Shown: positions 52,373 through 62,122 of the stretch, in pieces | Numbering within the stretch: the first letter of the stretch is position 1 | Layout of the letters: every line of letters starts with the position of its first letter | Origin: an uncultured Acidimicrobiia bacterium | GTDB taxonomy: Bacteria > Acidobacteriota > Terriglobia > Versatilivoradales > Versatilivoraceae | Reading direction: 5' to 3' | Assembly: GCA_963786955.1 (NCBI GenBank) | Contig: CAWBAT010000005.1 | Span: 1,568,001 to 1,632,000 of the forward strand | Length of the DNA: 64,000 nucleotides | Notes under the pieces: model-generated | What the model was told of the DNA's origin: nothing | The model's database searches: none | Seen by the model: the letters and a program-made list of their open reading frames with translations, nothing else | Program-made: the position numbers and the translations under genes

Positions 52373-53056
52373 TTACTCTGAAGCCGGCCGGTCCGTTAAT
52401 TCGAGTTTGCTGTCTTCTTTCCTTCTTCGATGGGCCGAATCAGGAGATGGAAGCACTGAACTCTCCCGGACTGGGACGTCGCTCCCACCGCCCGTAGCCG
52501 CGCGAGCCATTGGCCTATCGCTTTTGGCGTAGTCGGCGCTCGCCTCTGTGCTGGACGTGATATCCTGCGCTCCTGTCCGCTCCAGGATCTCCTTGGCGCG
52601 TTTCGTCCAGTCCAGATTGTCCGAATGCACTGAAAGGAGAATTCCACCTTCCTTTACCCGGCCCTCATAACGCTTGGCGACATATTCGGGAATCCCCATG
52701 CCAATCAGCGCACCTGTGATCCCGCCGACTGCCCCGCCCACGCCCATCCCCGCCAGGGCAGCCATGATTGGGCCAGCAACGATAAAGGGGCCTAATCCGG
52801 GGATAGCCAGAGCGCCGATGCCCGCCAACCACCCCAAGGCACCGCCCAATATTGCACCTGTTCCGGCGCCTGTCGCAGCACCCTCTGGAGATTTGCTGCC
52901 CTTCTCATGGCCGAAGTCTTTTGAGCCTACGTTCTGCGGAAACAGGACCGAGATGTCTGTGTTGCGAAATCCAGCCTCCTTCAAGGTATCGACCCCACGC
53001 TCCGCGCTGGAGTGATTGGGGTAGAGACCGAACACTGCAGTGTTTTTTCCTGACAT
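52373..53056 (-). CDS. General stress protein (YflT/DUF3341-like, glycine zipper)
   Basis: TAVFGLY, GFRNTDISVL, GALAIPGLGPFIVAGP, GIPEY.AKRYEGRVKEGGILLSVH. Confidence 0.85.
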   Translation of the reverse strand: MSGKNTAVFGLYPNHSSAERGVDTLKEAGFRNTDISVLFPQNVGSKDFGHEKGSKSPEGAATGAGTGAILGGALGWLAGIGALAIPGLGPFIVAGPIMAALAGMGVGGAVGGITGALIGMGIPEYVAKRYEGRVKEGGILLSVHSDNLDWTKRAKEILERTGAQDITSSTEASADYAKSDRPMARAATGGGSDVPVRESSVLPSPDSAHRRRKEDSKLELTDRPASE

Positions 53057-53240
53057 ACTGTCGTCTCCTTTTGGCCCTTAAGCCTGTTCTTTCTGCGTAA
53101 CTCCTGATTTTTGATTAGCTTTTGTAAGCTCTGCCTCTCAACCAGACTTGACCATGATGAAAACCGCTACTGCGAACATCTCGCTCCCGTCTGGGATCCG
53201 CCTCCCACTCTGTATAGATGGCTCCTTGAGGCACGGGTCC

Positions 53241-53305
53241 TTTATACCTTGAAGCATTGGGCGTGTCAGTTCAGTATGGCTCACTCGTTTGGTCAATTTT
53301 GCTCA
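53241..53305 (-). promoter_or_regulatory. Tandem Crp/Fnr-like sites with promoter (general stress protein unit)
   Basis: GTTCA-GTAT-GGCTC and GGTCA-ATTT-TGCTC 22 bp apart; CTGACA-17-TATAAA. Confidence 0.78.
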
Positions 53306-54020
53306 TCTCAGCTCAGGAGGAGGGAGACAGTTGGCTGGGACCCGTGGAAATTGGAGCCTGGGATCCAGAGGCTTCTTTTGCATCTGCCGATATATGATCC
53401 GGAGGATCGCCACGACCGGCACCGACAAAAAGCAGCCGGTGATCCCTGCGATCTGTCCGCCCGCCAGAAACCCGAAGATCACGACCAGGGCGTGGAACTC
53501 TGTGCCCGCACTCAACAGCTGGGGGGATAAAACATAATCCTGAAAACGCGGAACACGGCTAAGAAAAAGAAAATCCAAAGCTGCATTGGGTAGGAGTGAG
53601 AGAATGTCTCGCGAGTGATCAACGAGCTGCTTTCGCATGGTCGAGATTACCGTCTCCTTTATCGACTGAACAGACGGTGAAGCAATCGGTTTGTCCACTT
53701 GCTCGAGTTTGGAAAGAATTTCTGGAACCCTGGTCGCCAGTGCATTTGCCTGCGACACGACTCGAGAACCAATTTCAATACCAATGACAAACAGCAAAAT
53801 GACCAATGATAAATAGACGATGGCGAGAGCTGGTACCCTGGAACGTCCCGGCAGCCATTGATCAAGATAGTTCGCCAACGGCCAAAGCAGTCAGGCGAAC
53901 AGCAACGCCACTACAAAGATGAAGAGAGTTTCTCGAATGAGATAGACCATTATCCAGCAGTAAAAGAATGAACACTCCTGTCCAGGTCAAGCGTGCAGCA
54001 CGATGATCAAGACCAAGCAC
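53303..54020 (-). pseudogene. AI-2E family transporter remnant
   Basis: QDYVLSPQL..G.E.H.LVVIFG.LAGGQIAG..G.FLSVPVVAILRI; 5' part has stops and the central part is missing. Confidence 0.7.
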
Positions 54021-54133
54021 GAGGGTAATAGACCTTTCCTGAGAATTTAGGTCTGTACAGGGCTCGCTTGGTTACTGGTTTGCCTCTATGACTCTACTTC
54101 CGGCAGGTAATTGACACGTCTGATACCAGCCAC

Positions 54134-54550
54134 TTATTTTGCTTTGGCTTCAAGAGCAGTTTTCTCATTTTCGCTCTTGACGACCTCCTCATCGTCCGAA
54201 CCTTCGCGCAAGCGTTGAAACTCCTGTTGGAGACGCGCCAGTTCCTGATCCGAGAGGTCTTCGAGGTCCACGAGATGATTGCGTGCCCCCTCGACAGAGC
54301 GAATCAGTTCATCCAGCTTGAGGTGGATTGCCTTAGCGTCCCGATTTTGCGTATTCTGAATAAGGAAGACCATCAGAAAGGTTACGATGGTAGTGGCTGT
54401 GTTAATGACAAGCTGCCAGGTGTCGGAATATTGGAAGTAGGGCCCCAACAAAACCCAGGCGACAATTGCAGCCAGTGCAACGATGAATGCCCCTGGTGAG
54501 CCCACCGCCTGAGAGGTTGTATGGGAGAACTTACGAAAGACTTCATTCAA
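54134..54550 (-). CDS. Low-affinity iron permease family protein
   Basis: YSDTWQLVINTATTIVTFLMVFLIQNTQNRD.KAIHLKLDELIR. Confidence 0.92.
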   Translation of the reverse strand: MNEVFRKFSHTTSQAVGSPGAFIVALAAIVAWVLLGPYFQYSDTWQLVINTATTIVTFLMVFLIQNTQNRDAKAIHLKLDELIRSVEGARNHLVDLEDLSDQELARLQQEFQRLREGSDDEEVVKSENEKTALEAKAK

Positions 54551-54627
54551 AGTCAGCTCCTCCTTTACCTTTACACCCGTACAGCTTCTCGTCCCCGATA
54601 ATGGGTCTTAGGCACTCCCCAATTGCA

Positions 54628-54909
54628 CTATCCCCTGGTTCGTTTCGTGAAAAAACCTAGTAGGAGACCGGTGCCAAGAGCGATCAACAAAGCATTGAAT
54701 GGTTCATTTCGGGTATATTCAGTCATCTTTCCTATCATCCCCTTCCACCCTTCTTGGCGCACCTGGCCTAGAGTTTGTTTCGCGCTTTGCTTGGTACTTT
54801 CTACATAATCAACCACAGCGTCTAGCTTCTGGCCGGCTGCCTCGGCAGCTTCGGCAATTTTTTCTGCCGCGCGCTTACCGATCCCTTCACCTGCATTGAA
54901 ATTATCCAT
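54628..54909 (-). CDS. DUF883/ElaB/YqjD-like tail-anchored protein
   Basis: Helical N-terminus; YTRNEP..ALLIALGTGLLLG..KR C-terminal anchor. Confidence 0.7.
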   Translation of the reverse strand: MDNFNAGEGIGKRAAEKIAEAAEAAGQKLDAVVDYVESTKQSAKQTLGQVRQEGWKGMIGKMTEYTRNEPFNALLIALGTGLLLGFFTKRTRG

Positions 54910-55000
54910 ATCGTTTCCTTTCTTAAGATTGATGAATCAGATTATCCAGACAAGAAGACACTGGACTCTCAACTAAACACGACTGACAACTATAATTCTT

Positions 55001-55116
55001 ATACTACCCGTGAGCCAATTCGAGTGTCAGTTCAGTATGGCTCACCCGTTTGGTCAAAATTGCTCAAACAGATGAGCCATACTGAACTGACGAGCCGACA
55101 CCTCCTAGGTTATAAG
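55001..55116. promoter_or_regulatory. Divergent promoter pair with three Crp/Fnr-like sites at 22-bp spacing
   Basis: Sites start at 55030, 55052 and 55074; leftward CTGACA-18-TAGTAT, rightward CTGACG-18-TATAAG. Confidence 0.8.
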
Positions 55117-55197
55117 GACCCAACGCTCCGGACTCGAAAGCCTTTCTCAACCGAGACGAGTTACAATTAAGGAATAACAAAGAAAAGGACAAAACTT

Positions 55198-55935
55198 ATG
55201 TTAATCAAAAAAAATGGACTCCTGCTCATTGCTCCCACGTTACTTCTGGCTCTGTCTTTTCAGACGGGCTGCGCGACGAAAAAGTATGTTAAGCAGCAGA
55301 TCGACCCGGTCAGTGGGCGGGTGGATGAACTGTCAGAACTCAGTAAGGGGAACGAGAATGCCATTAAGGAAGTAGACAGTAGAGCACAGGCCGGCATTCA
55401 GACTGTCCAGGCTGCTGCCAACGAGGCGGACCAGAAAGCCATGGTGGCGACTCAAAAGGGAGAAGACGCTCAAAAGCTGGCCCAGAAGAATGAGACAGAG
55501 ATTGTCAGTGTGGAAAATAATTTCAACCAAAAGCTGAGCAACCTGGATACTTACAAGTCGGTGGACACTTCGAGCATCAATTTCAAACTCAACAGCGCCG
55601 AACTAAACGACGAAGCCAAGGCCACTTTGGATCAGCTAGCCTCCAAAGTAAAAGATAGCAAAGGCTATATGCTAGAGATCCAGGGGTTTACGGACAAAAC
55701 AGGAAATGACAGTCTCAACTTCGAGTTGAGCCAGGAACGGTCCCAAAGTGTCGTTCGTTACTTGTCTCAACAGCATCAAATCCCATTGTTCCGAATGTTC
55801 ATTCTTGGTTTGGGCTCCAGCAAAGAAGTGGAGAACAATAAGACGAGTAAAGGCCGTGCAGCCAATCGCCGGGTGGAGATCACGCTGCTCAAGAACGAGT
55901 TGGAGAGCACTCCCAGCGGCTCTGCTCAAAAGTAG
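55198..55935 (+). CDS. OmpA family lipoprotein
   Basis: TGCATKKYV lipobox, coiled coil, F..NSAEL, IQGFTD, LSQERS, NRRVE. Confidence 0.9.
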   Translation: MLIKKNGLLLIAPTLLLALSFQTGCATKKYVKQQIDPVSGRVDELSELSKGNENAIKEVDSRAQAGIQTVQAAANEADQKAMVATQKGEDAQKLAQKNETEIVSVENNFNQKLSNLDTYKSVDTSSINFKLNSAELNDEAKATLDQLASKVKDSKGYMLEIQGFTDKTGNDSLNFELSQERSQSVVRYLSQQHQIPLFRMFILGLGSSKEVENNKTSKGRAANRRVEITLLKNELESTPSGSAQK

Positions 55936-55964
55936 GATCACTCAAAAGATTTTTTTTTAGAAGC

Positions 55965-56720
55965 TCAATCCAGGGCAAGATCCTGTGTTCCACTGATGAA
56001 CGCCTGGGCGGTGGTGTGGCTACAAGGGACTAGGGACGCGGAGTGTCTACTCGACAACTCCGACATTCCTTGACCTAGACTGGCTGTGCGAGAGACTGGC
56101 TCGACTCGCGAGCCCTGTTTGTCGGCATAGACGCAGGTGATTTCTGCGCCTAAAAGAAGAATCTGTGCAGAGTAATAAAGCCAAGCCAGCAGAATGACAA
56201 GGGCATCCGTTGCTCCGTATGCTGGAGCCACCGTGGATCGGACTAGTTCAATCAGCGCTTTCCCGATCGTAAAGAGTAGCGATGCAACTGTCGCGCACCG
56301 ATCCACACGTCGCCCCAGGCAATTTCCGTGTTTGGCAGAAACTTGAAGATCACCGCGATCAGCATCGTAATGGCCCCAACGTGGGGAGAAAATTAACCGA
56401 CTCCAGCAAAAACATGGGCTTAGGAAGTAGATGCTTCATTAACTTTTCCACGACCCTTAACGCGGCGTTCGAAACGAGTGACACCATTGACAGAAAGCCC
56501 GTGCAGAGCACTAGCAGGTTGCTGAAGAACTCGTTGTAGCGGCGCTCTGTGAGCGTCGCCTCTCTGCAAGTTGTTGAGTTTCGGCGGTCACAGTCAGTCG
56601 CTACAGCATTAGCCACATGGCCTGCTGAGTTTTTCAGCAACCTGCTAGACTTGAAGAGCCTGCCCAGGAATCGGATGAAGTCCAAATTGAGGTGGTAAAG
56701 TGTCGAACAGGTGTGTGAAA
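55965..56720 (-). pseudogene. YihY/BrkB family remnant interrupted by a MITE
   Basis: LLFTIGK, AYGA...LVILL.WLYYSAQILLLGAE and GFL.MVSLV in broken frames. Confidence 0.7.
56511..56648. mobile_element. 130-bp MITE with 18-bp TIRs flanked by CTAG
   Basis: CTAG-CAGGTTGCTGAAGAACTC ... GAGTTTTTCAGCAACCTG-CTAG (1 mismatch); internal GTAGCG...CGCTAC REP-like pair. Confidence 0.8.
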
Positions 56721-56925
56721 AGGATGCCTGTAGAATGAAGCCAGAGTCCAACGCGGGCGCTTGAAAATCAACGATTTAGCTGTTACGGATTTTTTGCGGT
56801 GCACACCCATTTCGGGAAGCTTCTTCCACTTGTTGCTACACAGCAGTACTGGATGAATGTGGCTGTTCCAACGTCAGTAGCCAATTTAAAGGCGCGTGCG
56901 CATGAAAGATAATGAAAATAATACT

Positions 56926-57246
56926 CTATTGCACGCTCCTGATATCTACATCGAATAGCTCGTACCAGCTTTTCGCCCCCACTGTCAGCAGGTAAGAGGA
57001 GTTGTGTGGCTTGTATCGTGGCGACGTAACATTCGTAATAGGATATTCAATGATTTTCTGTTCCCTATCTAAACAGTTGGGGCAGAGAACGTTTCGTTGC
57101 CGCAGCCAGTAAGTTGACTGTGGCCTGTGGACTACAGCCACCGCCTGAACAATCTGCTCTGCGCTATTCATCCAGCCGCTCAGTTCCTCAGTTTCGTCTT
57201 CGTGAAGAATTCGGACCTGATATTCACTACCGTGGTTATGCGCCAT
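56926..57246 (-). CDS. Hypothetical protein
   Basis: ORF with GGAGG RBS before MAHNHG; contains CPNC. Confidence 0.55.
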   Translation of the reverse strand: MAHNHGSEYQVRILHEDETEELSGWMNSAEQIVQAVAVVHRPQSTYWLRQRNVLCPNCLDREQKIIEYPITNVTSPRYKPHNSSYLLTVGAKSWYELFDVDIRSVQ

Positions 57247-57645
57247 GTGCTTTCCTCCTAGACAGCTCATTTATCAGTCCTCGTAACGAAGGTGGGGTAG
57301 ATTTGCAGCTGTTGTAGTGTTTGAGCTTGAGCCGAAACCGGCTAGCAAATGATCCGATACCAGTGGGAGAGAGAAACCAAAAATTCAGTCTCAAAAGACC
57401 ATCTTGGGGTCACTTACAATCAGGATGTCCAGTAACGAACGTTTTTTCAGGACGATGAAAATCACCAGACCAAGCCCACCCTGCCACTCCGATATAGTCA
57501 GCTTACCAGCCGCCGGTCAGTCGGTTTCCGCTCACCGCGCTCTGTCGAAGGTTACTTATTACGGGTGGTGGGATCATAAACCAGTCTTGCAATGCCTCCG
57601 GGGCCGCCCCAATGCCGGATTTGTAACATTTTGGTTGCGTTTGTA

Positions 57646-58305
57646 TTAGTCGTACAGGACCACGTTGAACAGGGCATTATGGACTGTTAACCAGCCGTTA
57701 TCGCTGTAATCGATAAAGCCAAGTTTTCTGAACTTAGTCAAGAAATGACTGATTCGCGACCGGGTGGTGCCAACCATTTGTGCCAAGTTGATCTGCTTGA
57801 CTCTGGAAATTACAGTTTTAGCTGTATATTCCTTGTCAAAGTGAGCCAGTAGCAAGAGCGTCCGGGCCAGACGCTTCTCGCTAGAGTCGAAAAACTGGTC
57901 GATCAGATCCGCTTCGTATCGGATGTTGCGGGAAAGCAGATGTATGACAAACATCTCCGAGGCGTCGTGCTGTTCGTGCAGCATGCGCACGATCAGCGGC
58001 TTCTCAATCCTGACCAGAGTACATTTCGTTATCGCGGTAGCCGTTGCTATGCGCACTGGCTGACCTGCCAGGCATCCCTCGCCGAAGAACTCACCTTTGC
58101 CCAGAACGGCGACGATCGCTTCCTTCCGTTGTTGGGATGTCACGACGAGATTCACCTTGCCTCTTCGCAGGTAGAACACGGAATCTGCAGGGTCTCCTTG
58201 CGTGAAGATATTACGGTTCGCGTGGCATTCTAGAGCGGTTTTCCCGCTGAAGGTTCCAGCCAAGAAGAATTCCCAATCGACAGGTTGGGCTTTCTTAGGT
58301 GCCAT
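57646..58305 (-). CDS. Crp/Fnr family transcriptional regulator
   Basis: IFTQGDPAD, FFGEGCL, SEKRLAR, LAQMVGTTRSRISHF. Confidence 0.92.
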   Translation of the reverse strand: MAPKKAQPVDWEFFLAGTFSGKTALECHANRNIFTQGDPADSVFYLRRGKVNLVVTSQQRKEAIVAVLGKGEFFGEGCLAGQPVRIATATAITKCTLVRIEKPLIVRMLHEQHDASEMFVIHLLSRNIRYEADLIDQFFDSSEKRLARTLLLLAHFDKEYTAKTVISRVKQINLAQMVGTTRSRISHFLTKFRKLGFIDYSDNGWLTVHNALFNVVLYD

Positions 58306-58471
58306 TACAACCTCCCTCTGTTTGTTGAGGACAAGTCCAAGAGATTAAGAGAAATCAATTTTTGGCGGCATCCTGGGATCGCAGCAATAGAGCTCGTAGG
58401 GACATATCGCTCCGACCCCCTGAGGCCCGCCTCCCATCAGATCCTGGCTGGCAGCTCCAGTTACAATTCTT

Positions 58472-58537
58472 ATACTACCTGTGGAGGAATTCGCGCGTCA
58501 GTTCAATATGAAACACATGGCTGTTCAAAATTGCTCA
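58472..58537 (-). promoter_or_regulatory. Tandem Crp/Fnr-like sites with promoter upstream of a Crp/Fnr gene
   Basis: GTTCA-ATAT-GAAAC and GTTCA-AAAT-TGCTC 22 bp apart; CTGACG-18-TAGTAT. Confidence 0.72.
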
Positions 58538-58771
58538 TCGCAGTTCATGAGGAGGGGGATTAAAGTGGAGGCGCAGGGAGAATATTTCTTCTTGATAAAC
58601 TTCCTCTCCTATCGGGAGAGGGGCGAAAGCTTGAGAAGCGTTCACAAGTGTGGGGAGAGCTGAGGCCCGCGGAGCAAGCGTCTTGCTGGAATCGCTTTCT
58701 CGGTCATGCAGAATCTGGGTATTAAGGCTGCACACAACGGAGTGGCCGGAAACGGCTGCACACGGCTCAAC

Positions 58772-59455
58772 TCAATGTTGATTTCCACCGTTGTTCAGGA
58801 CCACGCTGAGGAGGCCACTATGGACCTTCACCCCGCCTTTTTCGCTGTAATCGATAAAGCCCAGCGCCCTGAACTTATTCATGAAATGACTGATTCGCGA
58901 CCGGGTGGTGCCGACCATTTGGGCCAAGTTTTCCTGACTGACACCGGGAATGACGGTTTCTGACCGGTTTTCTTTGCCGAAATGTGCCAGCAGTAAGAGC
59001 ATCCGAGCCAGCCGCTTCTCACTGGAGTTGAATAGCTGATCGACCAGATCCGCTTCGTAGCGGATGTTTCGCGAAAGCAGATGCGTAACGAACAATTCTG
59101 AGAACTCGTGCTGTTCGTGCAGGATGCGGGCCATCAGCGGTTTCTCAATCCTGACCAAACTGCAATCGGAAATGGCGGTAGCCGTGGCGATGCGCAACAG
59201 CTGGCCTGCCAGGCATCCCTCACCGAAGAAGTCACCTTCGCCCAGAAGGGCGACGATCGCTTCCTTGCCTTGTTGGGATGTGACCGACAGCTTTACCTTG
59301 CCATGTCGCAGGTAGAACACAGAATCTGCAGGTTCTCCTTGCCAGAAGATGGTCCGGTTCGCGCCGTATTCTAACTCGGCCTTCCCACGAGAGATTCCGG
59401 CCAGGAAGGGTTCCCAATCGACAGGCTGATTTTTCTTAGTGTCTCGCATTGCCAT
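58772..59455 (-). CDS. Crp/Fnr family transcriptional regulator
   Basis: IFWQGEPAD, FFGEGCL, DLVDQLFNSSEKRLAR, SQENLAQMVGTTRSRISHFMNKFR. Confidence 0.93.
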   Translation of the reverse strand: MAMRDTKKNQPVDWEPFLAGISRGKAELEYGANRTIFWQGEPADSVFYLRHGKVKLSVTSQQGKEAIVALLGEGDFFGEGCLAGQLLRIATATAISDCSLVRIEKPLMARILHEQHEFSELFVTHLLSRNIRYEADLVDQLFNSSEKRLARMLLLLAHFGKENRSETVIPGVSQENLAQMVGTTRSRISHFMNKFRALGFIDYSEKGGVKVHSGLLSVVLNNGGNQH

Positions 59456-60060
59456 AACAACCTCTTTTTGCCTGCTGAAGGCGCGTCCGTCATACCAAAA
59501 GTAATCAGTTTTCTTGACGCACTGGAACCCCGCCACCAAGATCCAGTTCCAGCCCGGACTTTTAGTTTAATCCACGCCCATGAAACCTACAATACGGCAA
59601 ACTCAGCATTCTGGGATGTGATGAACCCGTAAGAACCCTTAAGGGGTTTCCCCTATTTAATTTACCGCTTGACTTCATTTCCAGCAGGAACAAAAATAGT
59701 GGCTAAGCATCGGACCGACGAAGGTTTTCCTTTGAAGAGGGAATGTTTCTTTGTACGGTTTCATGCTGCAAAGTTTCATTCCTTCTCAACCCTAGAACCC
59801 TAACCTCAGAGGAATCCTAGGAAGTAAATGCCCGAAGGAACACTTCGTTCCGGCACGACAACAAGGTTCTCAATTCAGGAGAGTTGGGCCAACGACGGAG
59901 GTCTGGACTCGCGCCCCAGACTCCAAGAAGGCGCTGGGTCTGGCAAGAGAGATTGTAAGGGCGCACGGTACGACATTGCTTCGTATCCTGTTCTGTCGCA
60001 TCAGGCCGCCGATTCTGTCTGGTGCGTCGGCGGTGAATTTCAAACGACTGAGGTGAAGGA

Positions 60061-61788
60061 ATGACCAAGACTGGGAAAAAATTCAAGCGATCCAACCTCA
60101 GCCTGGCCAAATCTCCCACCGGCATTCGGGGTTTTGATGAAGTCACAGGCGGTGGACTGCCTCTCGGAAGGCCAACCCTCCTCTGCGGCGGCCCGGGATG
60201 CGGCAAGACTGTGCTGGCAACCGAATTCCTGGTACGCGGAGCAATGCAGTACAACGAACCGGGAGTCTTCATGTGTTTCGAGGAGACCGCTGAAGAGTTG
60301 ATCAAGAATGTGGCTTCACTAGGCTTCGACCTGAACCGGCTGGTAGCTAAGAAAAGACTCGCCCTGGATTACGTCTTTGTCGAACGGAGTGAAATTGAAG
60401 AAACGGGTGAATACGACCTGGAAGGTTTGTTCATCCGATTGAATCACGCGATTGATTCCATCGGCGCCAAGCGCGTGGTGCTGGATACTATCGAAGCTCT
60501 CTTTGCAGGTCTGTCGAACGTCGCCGTCCTACGCTCCGAACTGCGCCGCCTTTTTCGTTGGCTGAAAGAGAAGGGTGTTACGGCAATCATAACCGGAGAG
60601 CGCGGTGATGGAACACTCACTCGCAACGGTTTGGAAGAGTATGTCTCCGACTGTGTCATCGTGCTCGATCATCGGGTGACGGAACACGTAGCCACGCGGC
60701 GTTTGCGCATCGTCAAATATCGCGGGTCCTTTCATGGCACCAATGAGTATCCATTCCTGATTGAGGAGCATGGCGTCTCTGTGGTGCCCATCACGTCGAT
60801 CAAATTGGAGAGCACGGCCTCCGCCGAACGGATCTCGACCGGTATTCTCCAACTCGATGCCATGATGAGCGGCAAGGGCTATTTCCGCGGCAGCACGGTT
60901 CTGGTCTCGGGGCCAGCCGGGACAGGCAAGACCAGCGTCGCGGCTCAGTTTGTTGAGGCCGCCTGCCGTCGGCGTGAGCGCTGCCTCTTCTTCGCTACGG
61001 AGGAATCCAGCAGCCAGGTCCTGCGTAACATGCGCTCGGTGGGTATCGATCTGGAGATGTGGGTGAGTAAAGGTCTACTGCAATTCCATTGCTCACGCCC
61101 TACCACCTTAGGCCTCGAAATGTATCTCGTGACGATGCAAAAGTTGGTCACCGAATTTAAACCTCACGTCGTGGTCGTGGATCCCATCAGCGATTTTGAG
61201 GCAGCAGGAACTCAGATGGAAGCGAAGGGTATGCTGATGCGCGTGGTGGATTTCTTGAAAATGCACCAGACAACCGCGCTGCTTACCAGCTTGACTTCGG
61301 GCAGTGGTAGCCCCGAATTCACCGAAGCACGCATCTCCTCGTTGATCGATACTTGGTTGCTGTTGCGTAATCTGGAAGCGTCGGGGGAGCGTAACCGCGG
61401 GCTTTACATTCTGAAGTCGCGCGGCATGCCGCACTCCAACCAGATCCGCGAGTTTGTTCTCACGGATCATCGCATCGAACTGGCGGATGTGCATCTCGGC
61501 CCAAGCGGTGTAGTGATTGGTTCGGCGCGGGCAACGCAAGAAGCGCAAGAGAAAGCCGTAGCACTGGACCGCCGGAACGAGATTGAGCGCAAGCAAAGCA
61601 TCCTGGAGCACAAGCGGAAGGCGTTCGAGGCCAGGATTGCTGCTCTACAGGCGGAGTTCGCCGCGGAGGCTCAGGAGTTGGAAGCCGCGATTTTACTCGA
61701 AGAAGGACAGGAGAAAGGCCGGCTGCACGCCCGCACTGAAATGGCCAGACGTAGGGGGGCAAATTCAACAAAGGAAACGCAAGAATGA
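60061..61788 (+). CDS. kaiC: KaiC (two ATPase domains, KaiC2-like C-terminal coiled coil)
   Basis: Walker A GGPGCGKT and [46 protein letters not shown]. Confidence 0.95.
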   Translation: MTKTGKKFKRSNLSLAKSPTGIRGFDEVTGGGLPLGRPTLLCGGPGCGKTVLATEFLVRGAMQYNEPGVFMCFEETAEELIKNVASLGFDLNRLVAKKRLALDYVFVERSEIEETGEYDLEGLFIRLNHAIDSIGAKRVVLDTIEALFAGLSNVAVLRSELRRLFRWLKEKGVTAIITGERGDGTLTRNGLEEYVSDCVIVLDHRVTEHVATRRLRIVKYRGSFHGTNEYPFLIEEHGVSVVPITSIKLESTASAERISTGILQLDAMMSGKGYFRGSTVLVSGPAGTGKTSVAAQFVEAACRRRERCLFFATEESSSQVLRNMRSVGIDLEMWVSKGLLQFHCSRPTTLGLEMYLVTMQKLVTEFKPHVVVVDPISDFEAAGTQMEAKGMLMRVVDFLKMHQTTALLTSLTSGSGSPEFTEARISSLIDTWLLLRNLEASGERNRGLYILKSRGMPHSNQIREFVLTDHRIELADVHLGPSGVVIGSARATQEAQEKAVALDRRNEIERKQSILEHKRKAFEARIAALQAEFAAEAQELEAAILLEEGQEKGRLHARTEMARRRGANSTKETQE

Positions 61789-62096
61789 AAGCGTCCACCC
61801 GCAACTCAAAAAATGCCACCGAGTTGGTTGAACTGCGGCTCTATTTGGCCGGGCAAACTCCCCGGTCTATGGCCGCGTTGGCCAATCTCAAGAAGCTGTG
61901 CAAAGAGCATTTGGCAGGCAAGTACCGGATCGAGGTCATTGACTTGTTGAAGAACCCGCAGCTCGCCCGCGGCGACCAGATTATAGCTATTCCTACCTTG
62001 GTACGCCGTCTTCCGCAGCCGATAAGGAAAATTATTGGCGATCTTTCAAACACCGAGCGTGTATTAGTGGGCTTGCAACTGCGCCCCATGGAGTGA
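61785..62096 (+). CDS. kaiB: KaiB
   Basis: [47 protein letters not shown]; ATGA overlap with kaiC. Confidence 0.95.
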   Translation: MKASTRNSKNATELVELRLYLAGQTPRSMAALANLKKLCKEHLAGKYRIEVIDLLKNPQLARGDQIIAIPTLVRRLPQPIRKIIGDLSNTERVLVGLQLRPME

Positions 62097-62122
62097 TGAG
62101 AATAGGCTCAGGAGTTGGACTT

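Noticed and set aside
33781-58537. ~45-bp recurring motif as CRISPR repeats or recombination (att) sites
   Set aside because: Copies are kilobases apart, degenerate, and fixed relative to -35/-10 boxes; no spacers, cas or recombinase genes
57646-59455. Calling the regulators FNR (O2-sensing Fe-S proteins)
   Set aside because: No N-terminal Cys cluster and no ETxSR helix; the sites are not TTGAT-N4-ATCAA
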